Part shown: in pieces, positions 6,971 through 15,970 of the stretch
Numbering within the stretch: position 1 is the stretch's first letter
Layout of the letters: each line of letters starts with the position of its first letter
Assembly (NCBI RefSeq): GCF_017355965.1
Contig: NZ_JAFIQW010000003.1
Span: 1 to 24,000, forward strand
DNA: 24,000 bases
Direction: 5' to 3'
Origin: Herbiconiux sp. SYSU D00978
GTDB taxonomy: Bacteria; Actinomycetota; Actinomycetes; Actinomycetales; Microbacteriaceae
Notes under the pieces: model-generated
Database searches by the model: none
The model's input: only the letters and a program-made list of their open reading frames with translations
What the model was told of the DNA's origin: nothing
Made by a program: the position numbers and the translations under genes

Positions 6971-9883
6971 CTACCAGCCGCGGGTCAGCACCTCGTCGAG
7001 AGCGTCGACGACGAAGTCGGCGCTCTGCCTCGAGAGGCACAGCGGCGGCTTGATCTTCAGCACGTTCTGCCGCTCCGAGGTGGGCTGCACGATGACGCCG
7101 AGGTCGAGCATGCGGTCGCAGATCGCCTGGGTCTCGGCATCCGCCGGCTCGAGCGTCTGCCGGTCGCGCACGAGTTCCACACCGAGGTAGAGGCCGCGCC
7201 CGTGCACCGCGCCGATGAGCGGATGCTTCGCGGCGAGCGCCTCGAAGCGCTGCACGAGGTGCGCGCCGACCTCCGCCGCGTTCTGCTGCAGGCCCTCCCG
7301 CTCCATCACGTCGAGCACGGCGATGCCCGCGGCGCAGCTGGCCGGGGCGCCGCCGGCCGAGGAGAAGAAGTGCCCCTCGGTGGCGAGCGCTTCGGCGATC
7401 TCGCGCCGGGTGAGAACGGCGCCGAGCGGGTACGCGTTGCCCATGGCCTTGGCGGTCGTGACGATGTCGGGCACGACGCCCTGCCACTCGCTCGCCCAGA
7501 AGTGCGAACCGATGCGGCCGTAGCCGACCTGCACCTCGTCGGCGATGCAGAGTCCGCCGTTCGCGCGCACCGCCTCGTACGCCGCGGCGAGGTAGCCCTC
7601 CGGCGGCACGACGCCGCCGGCGTTGCCGAGGATCGGCTCGGCGACGAACCCGGCCACGCTCTCGCCCTCGAGGAACGCGGCGAAGTCGCGGGCGTACGCC
7701 TCGGCGGCATCCGGACCGCGGTGGGTGCCTCGGTAGGCGTTCGGCACGTCGGCGATGCGCACCCAATCCGGCCGGTTCGCGAGTGCGGAGGGGTTGTCGT
7801 AGGCGGAGGTCGTCACGGCATCCGTCGCCATCGACCAGCCGTGGTACCCCTCGCGCAGCGCAACGATCGTGCGACGCCCGGTCGCGAGCTGAGCGAGCCG
7901 GATCGCGAGGTCGACCGCCTCGGTGCCGCTGTTGACGAGCAGCACGGTGTCGAGCGACGGGTGCGGCGCGAGCGCGACGAGCCGCTCGCTGAGGTCGGCG
8001 AGCGCGCGGTAGAGGAACCGCGAGTTGGTGTTGAGCTTGGCCAGCTGCCGCGCGACCGCCTCGGTGAGCGCCGGGTGCCCGTGCCCGATGCCGGAGACGT
8101 TGTTGACCATGTCGACGTAGCTGCGCCCGGCCGTGTCGATGAGGAACTCCCGCCAGCCGCGCTCGATCTGCGGCGGGTGGGCGTAGTAGCGCTCCTGCGC
8201 GCTCGCGAACAGGCGCTCGCGGCGGTGCTGTTCCGCGTCCGGGTCGGCGCGCTGGGGCAGGGGGTCGAGCCCGAGCAGCGGTGCCGGGTCGGCGACGACG
8301 CGCGCCCAGGCGGGGAACCACGCGTCGGACGTGAAGTCGGGCGCCTCCAGTTCCGGCAGGCGCACGTGCCGCACGCGCAGCCGGGCGAGCGGATGCCCCG
8401 CGGCATCCGTCTTGCGCACGGCATCGGGGCACGACGAGGTGCGCCCGAGCAGCGTGCCGGCGGTGACCGGGCCGAGCGGCACGGCGAGCTCGAGCGGACC
8501 GACCTCGAGGTCGCCCGCCGCGCTGCGGAGGAGGAGGCCCGTGGCATCCGCCTCGACGATCTCGCCGTCGAACGGCGCGACGACCGGCGAGCCCGCCCGC
8601 AGCACAAGCTCAGTCACGAGGGCGGCGGTCTCGGGCGCAACGACCGAGCGGACGGGGGTGCGCGTCAGGCGGCGCTGCCCGAACGGGAGCACGACCGCGT
8701 CGTGACCGGCGAGCGCCTCGAGCGCGAGCAACCACTCGGCGTCGGGTTCGAGCCAGCGCCCCGCGGCGAGCGCGTCGGCGTCGACGGAGAGGTCGAGCAC
8801 GGCCGTCTCGCCGAGCTCGGGAAGCAGCCGGGTGGCGGGGGCGAGCGGGGCGGGGGCTTCGGCGCCGGCGGCGGCTTGGACGGCCGCCTCGGCCAGGTCC
8901 GGGTCGACGGAGCGAGCGAGTTCGAAGATGCGCCACTCCCCCGCCATCCGCTCGGCCGCGTAGTCGTTGCCGGGCTCGAGCGACACCTGGTGCTCGCCGC
9001 TGACCACGAGCACGGCGCCGCGCAGCACGACGAGGGGCCAGAGCGCGCTGAGCTCGGCGTCGTCGAGCGGGGACTCCGCGTGGAAGGCGCGGACTGCCGC
9101 GAAGACGTCGGCGAGGTCGTCGGCGTGGGGCAGCAGCGACGACAGGGTCACCGCGAGCTCGGCGACGCGCCAGCCGAGCCCGAGGTCGCCGAAGTCGATG
9201 ACCCCGTCGGGGATCGAGCGGCCCGAGGGATCGGGGGTGCAGACGACGTTGTCGTCGGTGATGTCGCCGTGGATCGGTTGCACTCTCAGGCGGTCGGCGA
9301 CGGTGGCGACGCGCGCCCAGGCATCCGTCACGGCCCGCTCGATGAGCACCCGGCGGCTCGCGTCGGGCACGAAGGGCAGCAGCTCGCGCACGACGCCGGG
9401 CGCGACCCGCAGGTCCCACTGCAGCGCACGCTCGAGCCCGGGTGCCGTGAAGCCGGCGAGCGCGGATGCCACCGAGCCCGACAGCCGGCCGAGCGCGTGC
9501 ATCGCGTCGCGCGAGACGTGAGCGGCACTCGCGAGCGGGCGCCCCTCGAGGAAGGTGAGGAGGCGCACGCGGTGCCCCTGCCACGACTGCCGCGTCGCGC
9601 CGTCGGGCCCGGGCACGGGAGCGGGCACGTGGAGGCCGAGATTGGCTAGGTGCGTGAGCGCGGTGTCCTGCGCGGCGAGCTCGTCGTCGGCGAAGGCGGC
9701 GTTGTCGATCTTGAGTAGGAAGCGCCCGCGGTCGGTCTCGAGCAGGTAGTTGCGGTCCTGCTGACTGCCGAGCTCGCGAGCGGATGCCTCGAGCCCGTAG
9801 ACCTCGCGGGCGATGCGCACCGCGTCGTCGCCGCCCACCTCCGGCCGCACGAGACCCACATCGGTGAAGTCGGAGGCCGTCAT
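6971..9883 (-). CDS. Trifunctional-looking fusion: APH/homoserine-kinase-like phosphotransferase, M23-like (degenerate) middle region, class III PLP-dependent aminotransferase (970 aa)
   Basis: Kinase: VQPIHGDITDDNVV and DGVIDFGDLGLGWRVAELA. Middle: GSPVVAPFDGEIVEADATGLLLRSAAGDLEVG. Aminotransferase: VNNVSGIGHGHPALTEAV, LLVNSGTEAVDLAIRLA, LCIADEVQVGYGR, DIVTTAKAMGNAYPLGAV. Confidence 0.93.
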   Translation of the reverse strand: MTASDFTDVGLVRPEVGGDDAVRIAREVYGLEASARELGSQQDRNYLLETDRGRFLLKIDNAAFADDELAAQDTALTHLANLGLHVPAPVPGPDGATRQSWQGHRVRLLTFLEGRPLASAAHVSRDAMHALGRLSGSVASALAGFTAPGLERALQWDLRVAPGVVRELLPFVPDASRRVLIERAVTDAWARVATVADRLRVQPIHGDITDDNVVCTPDPSGRSIPDGVIDFGDLGLGWRVAELAVTLSSLLPHADDLADVFAAVRAFHAESPLDDAELSALWPLVVLRGAVLVVSGEHQVSLEPGNDYAAERMAGEWRIFELARSVDPDLAEAAVQAAAGAEAPAPLAPATRLLPELGETAVLDLSVDADALAAGRWLEPDAEWLLALEALAGHDAVVLPFGQRRLTRTPVRSVVAPETAALVTELVLRAGSPVVAPFDGEIVEADATGLLLRSAAGDLEVGPLELAVPLGPVTAGTLLGRTSSCPDAVRKTDAAGHPLARLRVRHVRLPELEAPDFTSDAWFPAWARVVADPAPLLGLDPLPQRADPDAEQHRRERLFASAQERYYAHPPQIERGWREFLIDTAGRSYVDMVNNVSGIGHGHPALTEAVARQLAKLNTNSRFLYRALADLSERLVALAPHPSLDTVLLVNSGTEAVDLAIRLAQLATGRRTIVALREGYHGWSMATDAVTTSAYDNPSALANRPDWVRIADVPNAYRGTHRGPDAAEAYARDFAAFLEGESVAGFVAEPILGNAGGVVPPEGYLAAAYEAVRANGGLCIADEVQVGYGRIGSHFWASEWQGVVPDIVTTAKAMGNAYPLGAVLTRREIAEALATEGHFFSSAGGAPASCAAGIAVLDVMEREGLQQNAAEVGAHLVQRFEALAAKHPLIGAVHGRGLYLGVELVRDRQTLEPADAETQAICDRMLDLGVIVQPTSERQNVLKIKPPLCLSRQSADFVVDALDEVLTRGW

Positions 9884-9889
9884 GCTCGA

Positions 9890-9895
9890 ACATTA
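9890..9895 (-). promoter_or_regulatory. Candidate -10 (TAATGT) for a leaderless fusion-gene transcript
   Basis: GCTAATGT-TCGAGC-ATG: six nt between the hexamer and the ATG. Confidence 0.5.
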
Positions 9896-9936
9896 GCGAT
9901 CCTGCGGGGGCGGCGCGGTACCCCTCTATACGCGAA

Positions 9937-9962
9937 CGAGGGGCCGGTTTCCCGGCCCCTCG
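9937..9962 (-). terminator. Hairpin terminator downstream of the M14 carboxypeptidase gene
   Basis: Perfect 11-bp stem CGAGGGGCCGG/CCGGCCCCTCG with TTTC loop; no U-tract, as is common in high-GC actinobacteria. Confidence 0.75.
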
Positions 9963-9976
9963 CTGCGATGGCTACC

Positions 9977-12571
9977 TCAGAGTCCCTTGCCGTTCGGCGG
10001 GGTCACCGGGGTGCCGGCGTCCGCGGTCCACAGCAGGGCCCGCGCGATGTCGCTGAACGCGCCGACCGGGTGGGTGCGGAACGAGGGCGTCGTGCCGAAC
10101 AGGAACAGCTTCGACGTGCCCTTCACGGCGGAGATCGCGGCGGGCTTGCCCGCGGCATCCATCTGAGAACGGCCCGTCTGGTCGGCCCAATGACCGCTGA
10201 CGAACGGGTCGGTCGCGTCGTAGCTCTGCTCGACGGTGAGGCCGGTGCCTGAATACCAGGTCGCCGGATAGACGAAGGCGGTGTCCTGGGCGTAGTCGCC
10301 GAGGACGCCGCTCGCCGGCGTCGTCACGTTGACGATGCCGTTCGAACCGCCCGGCGCCGTCGTCGCGACGACCGCGGCGATGCCCGACGAGGTCGCCATG
10401 GTGGCGCCGGCGCTTCCGCTGCCCACGAGGTCGCCACCGCGGGCGACGAATTCGGCGAGCCCCGAGTTACCGGCTGCGATTTGAGCCGGCGTATAAGTGC
10501 GCGGGTCGAAGCTCACGTTGCCGAGGATGACGTCCACCTGCGCGGGGACCCCGCTCGAGGCGATCCCCGTCGCGGTGAGCTCGACGGTGTCGCGGTAGCC
10601 GAGCTTCGCGAGCACGTCACGGTACTCAGAGCCGACGTACCCGACGGTGGGCAGCGACAGCGCGACGGTGGTCGCGTCGCGCAGACCGGCGCCGTTGTGC
10701 GACTCGAAGACGACACCGAAAGTGTCGGCTGCCCGCTGCACGGCGTCGTTCTTGCCGGGTCCTACGACGATGGTGCCGTCGGCGAGCTGCGAGAGCGCGA
10801 CACCCTCGGCGAGCAGCTCGATGACGGCCTGGTACTCGCTGACGCCGGTGGGACGGAGGGCCTGGTAGCGGCCGCCCTTCGCGGACCCGTTCTGCGCCAC
10901 CGTGGTGATGGGCTGCGCCTTCAGCTTCAGCGCCGGGTCGGTCGTGTCCCCGACCGGCACGACGTCAGCGCCCCAGAGCAGCGACAGGCTCCAGGCGGAG
11001 ATGTCGTACATCGCCGGCGTGCGCTTGGAGATGTCGGAGCCGTCGGCGAGGAGCACGTTGGCGAGCCCGCGCAGCGGCTGGTGCATGTCGACGACGAAGG
11101 AGCCCTTCGCGTAGGTCGTTCCGCCCACCTTCAGCGGCGCCGTGGTGCGCTGCACCTGGATGTCGTGCACCAGGAGCTGCTCGACGAGACGCTCGGCGTC
11201 GGAGTCGGAGCGCTGGCCCTCGCCCATGGGAATGACGTAGGCGCGCGGGATCTCGGTGGGGAAGACGTCCGTCTCGTCCCAGATCTCGGTCCACTCGGTC
11301 GGCGTGCCCGCGGGCAGGTCCTCAGCGCTGACATCCGCGGGGATCGGCGCGATCGGCTCGCCGGCGATGCCGCGGGAGAAGATCTCGATCTGGTTCGCGA
11401 GCAGGGTGTCGTGGTGCTCGGCGACGTAGTCGGCGACCGTCTCGACGACGATCTCCCCGACCGCGATGTTCACGGCTGCGTTGGCCTTGTTCTGCGTCGT
11501 GGACGTCACCCGACCGAGCGGCAGTTCGACGGTGTTCGTGATCGCGCCCTGGTACGCGACGTACTGCGGGGCGAAGATCGGGGGCCAGTCGTCCCATCCG
11601 CTGCGCTGATCACGGTAGGGGATGTTGATCTGGCCGGTATTCGTGGTCGTGTAGCGCGCGTTGCCGGTCTTCGTGCGGTCGTAGTAGGTGTTGCCGGGGA
11701 TGTTGGCAGCGACCACCGCCTCTTCGATCGCGAGCGCGGTCGAGTAGGCGTGCGGCACGAACAGGTCGTACTCGTAGTTCTCGCCGTGCGGCGGGCCGCA
11801 GGGCTCCACCTGGAGCACGCCGGTGTAGCCGTGCAGGTCGATGAAGTAGGTCGGCTGGATGACTCCGGCGAGATCGCGGACGATGGCCGCCTCGGCCGTC
11901 GCGCCCGTGATGAAGTCGCGGTTGGCGTCGTAGCCGGTCGCCGTCGCACGCTGCCCGAGGGCGCGGCCGTCGGGGTTGTTCGTCACCGTGAAGTAGAGCC
12001 GGTGACCCGACAGCAGTGCCTCCACCTCGGGGTCCGCGGAGGTCGCGAGCTCCTCGATGTAGTTGAGGGTGATGTCGGTACCCTCCCACTCGTTGCCGTG
12101 GATGTTGCCGTTGTACCAGATCGGCACCTTGTAGCCCTCGGCGAGCTCGTCGTCTGCGGCGGCAGCCGCGGGCGAGTACTTGATGGCGTCGCGCCACTTC
12201 GCCTGCTGCGCCACCTCGGCGGCGGTCTCCGGCTTCGTGACGGTCACCAGGTAGATGTCGCGGCCCTGGGCCGACTTGCCGACGACCTGCGCGGAGACGC
12301 GGTCGCTCGACTCGATCAGGTCGTTGACGAAGGGGGCGATCTCGTCGTAGGGCATGACGCCGCGGTTGATCGACGCGTCGGCCGGGTTATCGGCTACCTC
12401 CGGCAGCAGCTGCTCGCTCGGCAGCGCCGCGGGAAGGCGGATGTCGGCGGCCGGACGGACGATCGGCAGAGCCGGCGTCTCGACCGCCGCAGTGGCGGGT
12501 GGGGCTGCGGCGAGCACGAGCGCGGCACTGAGGGCGCCGCCGATCGTCGCCGCGATGGCGCGAGAAGGCAA
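9977..12571 (-). CDS. Secreted M14 family zinc carboxypeptidase (proposed TTG start at 12571; tracked ORF starts at 12616)
   Basis: Signal peptide PSRAIAATIGGALSAALVLAAAPPATAA; zinc-ligand region WYNGNIHGNEWEGTD; NNPDGRALG, FIDLHGYTG, ITNTVELPLGR. Confidence 0.88.
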   Translation of the reverse strand: MPSRAIAATIGGALSAALVLAAAPPATAAVETPALPIVRPAADIRLPAALPSEQLLPEVADNPADASINRGVMPYDEIAPFVNDLIESSDRVSAQVVGKSAQGRDIYLVTVTKPETAAEVAQQAKWRDAIKYSPAAAAADDELAEGYKVPIWYNGNIHGNEWEGTDITLNYIEELATSADPEVEALLSGHRLYFTVTNNPDGRALGQRATATGYDANRDFITGATAEAAIVRDLAGVIQPTYFIDLHGYTGVLQVEPCGPPHGENYEYDLFVPHAYSTALAIEEAVVAANIPGNTYYDRTKTGNARYTTTNTGQINIPYRDQRSGWDDWPPIFAPQYVAYQGAITNTVELPLGRVTSTTQNKANAAVNIAVGEIVVETVADYVAEHHDTLLANQIEIFSRGIAGEPIAPIPADVSAEDLPAGTPTEWTEIWDETDVFPTEIPRAYVIPMGEGQRSDSDAERLVEQLLVHDIQVQRTTAPLKVGGTTYAKGSFVVDMHQPLRGLANVLLADGSDISKRTPAMYDISAWSLSLLWGADVVPVGDTTDPALKLKAQPITTVAQNGSAKGGRYQALRPTGVSEYQAVIELLAEGVALSQLADGTIVVGPGKNDAVQRAADTFGVVFESHNGAGLRDATTVALSLPTVGYVGSEYRDVLAKLGYRDTVELTATGIASSGVPAQVDVILGNVSFDPRTYTPAQIAAGNSGLAEFVARGGDLVGSGSAGATMATSSGIAAVVATTAPGGSNGIVNVTTPASGVLGDYAQDTAFVYPATWYSGTGLTVEQSYDATDPFVSGHWADQTGRSQMDAAGKPAAISAVKGTSKLFLFGTTPSFRTHPVGAFSDIARALLWTADAGTPVTPPNGKGL

Positions 12572-12690
12572 GGTTGCTCCGGAACTGTGGTGGACGGAAA
12601 CGGACGCCGTGCCCAATACGGGGGACGTCCGCTCCGGACACTACGGAGCAGGTGTTTCGCGCTCGTGTCGGCGGTGTTGCCGAGAGTCGC

Positions 12691-12801
12691 TCAGGTGAGG
12701 ATGCCGATGATCCCGCTGATGAGGAAGTACAGTCCCGCGGCCGCGCCCACGCCCCAGAGGATGAGTCGGCCCTTGGTCACGCCGTTGCCCTTGTCGTCCA
12801 T
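12691..12801 (-). CDS. Small single-TM protein (36 aa), absent from the supplied ORF track
   Basis: Minus strand from the ATG at 12801: MDDKGNGVTKGRLILWGVGAAAGLYFLISGIIGILT*; begins 9 nt after the lysS stop. Confidence 0.6.
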   Translation of the reverse strand: MDDKGNGVTKGRLILWGVGAAAGLYFLISGIIGILT

Positions 12802-12810
12802 CACGTCAGC

Positions 12811-14352
12811 TCACTTCACCAGGGGGAACAGGATGGTCTCGCGGATGCCGAGACCGGTGATCGCCATGAGCAGGCGGTCGATGCCCATGCCCATGCCGCC
12901 GCAGGGAGGCATCCCGAACTCGAGCGCGCGGAGAAACTCCTCGTCGAGACGCATGGCCTCGACGTCGCCGCGGGCGGCGAGGCGTGCCTGCTCGACGAAG
13001 CGCTCGCGCTGGATGACCGGGTCGACGAGCTCGGAGTAGCCGGTGGCGAGCTCGAAGCCGCGCACGTACAGGTCCCACTTCTCGACGACGCCCTCGACCG
13101 AGCGGTGGTCGCGCACGAGCGGTGAGGTGTCGACCGGGAAGTCCATGACGAACGTCGGCCGATCGAGCGAGCCCTTCACGAAGTGCTCCCAGAGCTCCTC
13201 GACGAGCTTGCCCTTGGTGGGCACGTCCACCTCGACGTCCACGGCATTCGCGAGCTTCGACAGCTCCTCGAAGCTGGTCTGCGGGGTGATCTCCTGGCCG
13301 GATGCCTCGCTGAGCGAGCCGTACATCGAGATGCGCGCCCACTCGCCGCCGAGGTCGTACTTCGTGCCATCGGCCCAGGTGACCTCGTGCGAGCCGGCGA
13401 CCGCGACGGCGGCGTTCTGGATCAGCTCCTGCGTCAGGTCGGCGATCGAGTTGTAGTCGCCGTACGCCTGGTAGGCCTCGAGCATGGCGAACTCGGGCGA
13501 GTGCGTGGAGTCCGCGCCCTCGTTGCGGAAGTTGCGGTTGATCTCGAACACCCGCTCGATGCCGCCGACCACGGCGCGCTTGAGGAACAGCTCGGGCGCG
13601 ATGCGCAGGTAGAGCTCGGTGTCGAACGCGTTCGAGTGCGTCTTGAACGGGCGGGCCGAGGCGCCGCCGTGGATCGTCTGCAGCATCGGGGTCTCGACCT
13701 CGAGGAACCCGTGCGACGCGAACGTGGAGCGGAGCGACGCGACGGCGGTGGCCCGAGCGCGGACGGTGGTGCGGGCCTGCTCGCGCGCGATCAGGTCGAG
13801 GTAGCGGGCGCGCACCCGCGTCTCCTCGCTGAGCTCGGAGTGCAGGTTGGGTAGCGGCTGGATCGCCTTCGCCGCGATCGCCCAGTCGGTGGCCATCACC
13901 GAGAGCTCGCCGCGGCGGCTCGTGATTACCTCGCCCTGCACGAACAGGTGGTCGCCGAGGTCGACGAGCTCCTTGAACCGCTGCAGCGACTCCTCGCCCA
14001 CCGAGGCGAGCGAGAGCATCGCCTGGATGCGGGACCCGTCGCCGGCCTGGAGCGCGGCGAAGCAGAGCTTGCCCGTGTTGCGGAGGTGCACGACCCGGCC
14101 GGCGAGCCCGACGGTCTCGCCCGTCGAGACATCCGGCTCGAGTCCGTCGAAGCGCTCACGCACGGCGGGGATGGTGTCGGTGACGGGCAGCGACACAGGG
14201 TAGGCCTGGGCGCCCTCCTCGAGCAGACGCTGACGCTTCGCGAGGCGCACGGCCTTCTGCTCGGACGCCTCGGCGGCGGCGAGGCGCTCGGCCTCGGCCT
14301 CGCGGGAGGTGGCGTCGGTGGTGGCGATCGGCGTTTCGTCCGAAGAAGTCAT
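12811..14352 (-). CDS. lysS: Lysyl-tRNA synthetase, class II (513 aa)
   Basis: [77 protein letters not shown]. Confidence 0.98.
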   Translation of the reverse strand: MTSSDETPIATTDATSREAEAERLAAAEASEQKAVRLAKRQRLLEEGAQAYPVSLPVTDTIPAVRERFDGLEPDVSTGETVGLAGRVVHLRNTGKLCFAALQAGDGSRIQAMLSLASVGEESLQRFKELVDLGDHLFVQGEVITSRRGELSVMATDWAIAAKAIQPLPNLHSELSEETRVRARYLDLIAREQARTTVRARATAVASLRSTFASHGFLEVETPMLQTIHGGASARPFKTHSNAFDTELYLRIAPELFLKRAVVGGIERVFEINRNFRNEGADSTHSPEFAMLEAYQAYGDYNSIADLTQELIQNAAVAVAGSHEVTWADGTKYDLGGEWARISMYGSLSEASGQEITPQTSFEELSKLANAVDVEVDVPTKGKLVEELWEHFVKGSLDRPTFVMDFPVDTSPLVRDHRSVEGVVEKWDLYVRGFELATGYSELVDPVIQRERFVEQARLAARGDVEAMRLDEEFLRALEFGMPPCGGMGMGIDRLLMAITGLGIRETILFPLVK

Positions 14353-14369
14353 GGTGGCCCTCGAAGGCG

Positions 14370-15224
14370 TCAGTACAGATGGATGGTGTCGTTGTCGATC
14401 AGTCGCGTCGATCCGACCCGCGCGGCGACCAGCACGGTCGCAGGTCCTCGGTACCCGTCGTCGACGGGGAGGAAGGTCTCGGGGTCGACGACGACCAGGT
14501 AGTCAAGTGTAACGAGGGGCTCCTCGGCGAAGACGGCCTGGGCGGCGCGGACCACTCCGTCGACCCCCCGGTCGGCTGCGGACGACGCGGCCTCGAGCGA
14601 GACGGACAGCGCGAGGGCCGCGCGGCGCTCCTCGGGCGTGAGGTACACGTTGCGGCTGCTGAGGGCGAGCCCCTCGTTCTCGCGGACGGTCTCGACGACC
14701 TCGATCTCGATGGGCAGGTCGAGGTCCTTGACCATGCGGCGCACGAGGAAGACCTGCTGAGCGTCCTTCTGCCCGAAGACCGCGATGTCGGGGGTGACGA
14801 TGTTGAAGAGCTTCGTCACGACGGTGAGCATGCCGTCGAAGTGCTTGGGCCGCGTCTTGCCCTCGTAGAGCCCGCCGACCTGGCCGGCGGTGACCCGCGT
14901 CTGGCTGGGCCCGTCCGGGTACATCGCGTCGACGCTCGGCGCGAAGACGAGGTGCACGCCCTTGGCGGCGAGCTTCTCGACATCCGCCTCGAGCGTTCGC
15001 GGGTAGCGGTCGAGGTCCTCGTTCGCGCCGAACTGCAGCGGGTTGACGAAGATCGTCACGACGACGGTCTCGGCGACCTCGAGCGCCCGGTCGACGAGCG
15101 CGAGGTGGCCGTCGTGCAGCGCGCCCATGGTCGGCACGACCGCGACGTGTCCGGTGCGGCGGGCGGATGCCACGTGCCCGCGGATCTCCGCGATCGTGTG
15201 CACGACGACGGGGGTGGTGCTCAC
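14370..15224 (-). CDS. panC: Pantoate--beta-alanine ligase (284 aa, GTG start)
   Basis: [69 protein letters not shown]; 3' part of ORF 14370..16337. Confidence 0.96.
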   Translation of the reverse strand: MSTTPVVVHTIAEIRGHVASARRTGHVAVVPTMGALHDGHLALVDRALEVAETVVVTIFVNPLQFGANEDLDRYPRTLEADVEKLAAKGVHLVFAPSVDAMYPDGPSQTRVTAGQVGGLYEGKTRPKHFDGMLTVVTKLFNIVTPDIAVFGQKDAQQVFLVRRMVKDLDLPIEIEVVETVRENEGLALSSRNVYLTPEERRAALALSVSLEAASSAADRGVDGVVRAAQAVFAEEPLVTLDYLVVVDPETFLPVDDGYRGPATVLVAARVGSTRLIDNDTIHLY

Positions 15225-15970
15225 TCGTCGTCCTCCGTGTCGCCCGGCAGTGCTGTCTCGTCCGCCAGGGCGGTCAGGTCGATCGTATCGGGTGGGGCGA
15301 CGAGGGCGTTCTCGACCGACGAGCGCACGAGCGGCGCGAGCAGCCGTCCGGGGTCGGGCAGGCCGATGCCGTCGAGCAGCCCGACGGCCTGGGCGACGAT
15401 CGCGGTGGAGAAGCTGGTCGCGGTCGTGATCGCCTCGCCGTAGGCGGCGCGGTCGGCCTCGGCGACGATCACGGGCTCGGCGCCCATCTCGACGACGAGC
15501 GCCTGACCGATGGGCTGCACGGGGGCCGGTGCGGTGACGGCGCAGTACGACTCGCGCAGCCGCACGAGGTCGATGCTCGTGCCCGTGAACGACATCGCGG
15601 GATGGATCGCGAGCGGGATGACGCCCTGCGCGAGCGCCGGCTTCAGCACCGAGACCCCGAGGCCGGGCGCCGTGTGCACGACGAGCTGACCGGGCTGCCA
15701 CGCCCCGACGGCGGCGAGCCCCGAGACGAGCCCGGGAAGCTCGGACTCGGGGATCGCGAGGAGCACGAGCTCCGCGCGACGCACGACCTCGGGCACGTCG
15801 AGCACGGGAACGCCGGGCAGCATGGCATCCGCCCGGTCCTTCGACTCCTGCGAGACGGCGCTGATGCCGACGAGGGCGTGGCCGGCGCCGGCCAGGGCGG
15901 CCCCGAGAACCGGGCCGACGCGGCCGGCCCCGACGATGCCGACGCCGAGGCGCCCGGAGCGCTCGGTCAC
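15221..15970 (-). CDS. Rossmann-like and DUF2520 domain protein (249 aa, GTG start)
   Basis: LGVGIVGAGRVGPVLGAALAGAGH (Rossmann), IPLAIHPAMSFTGTSIDLVRLRESYCAVTAP; immediately upstream of panC. Confidence 0.87.
   Translation of the reverse strand: MTERSGRLGVGIVGAGRVGPVLGAALAGAGHALVGISAVSQESKDRADAMLPGVPVLDVPEVVRRAELVLLAIPESELPGLVSGLAAVGAWQPGQLVVHTAPGLGVSVLKPALAQGVIPLAIHPAMSFTGTSIDLVRLRESYCAVTAPAPVQPIGQALVVEMGAEPVIVAEADRAAYGEAITTATSFSTAIVAQAVGLLDGIGLPDPGRLLAPLVRSSVENALVAPPDTIDLTALADETALPGDTEDDE

Noticed and set aside
8249-8851. Middle region of the fusion as an active M23 peptidase
   Set aside because: It lacks the expected HxxxD and HxH zinc ligands; only a short beta-rich M23/lipoyl-like segment is visible.
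6935-9649. 904-aa plus-strand ORF opposite the fusion gene
   Set aside because: Compositional shadow ORF (R/G/E/V/H-rich, no recognisable domain) antisense to a strongly supported protein.
12668-12683. TCGGC-GGTGTT-GCCGA hairpin after the 36-aa sORF
   Set aside because: A 5-bp stem in high-GC DNA is expected by chance.
10481-13039. 852-aa plus-strand ORF opposite the M14 peptidase and lysS
   Set aside because: It spans two real minus-strand genes and is a high-GC antisense artefact.
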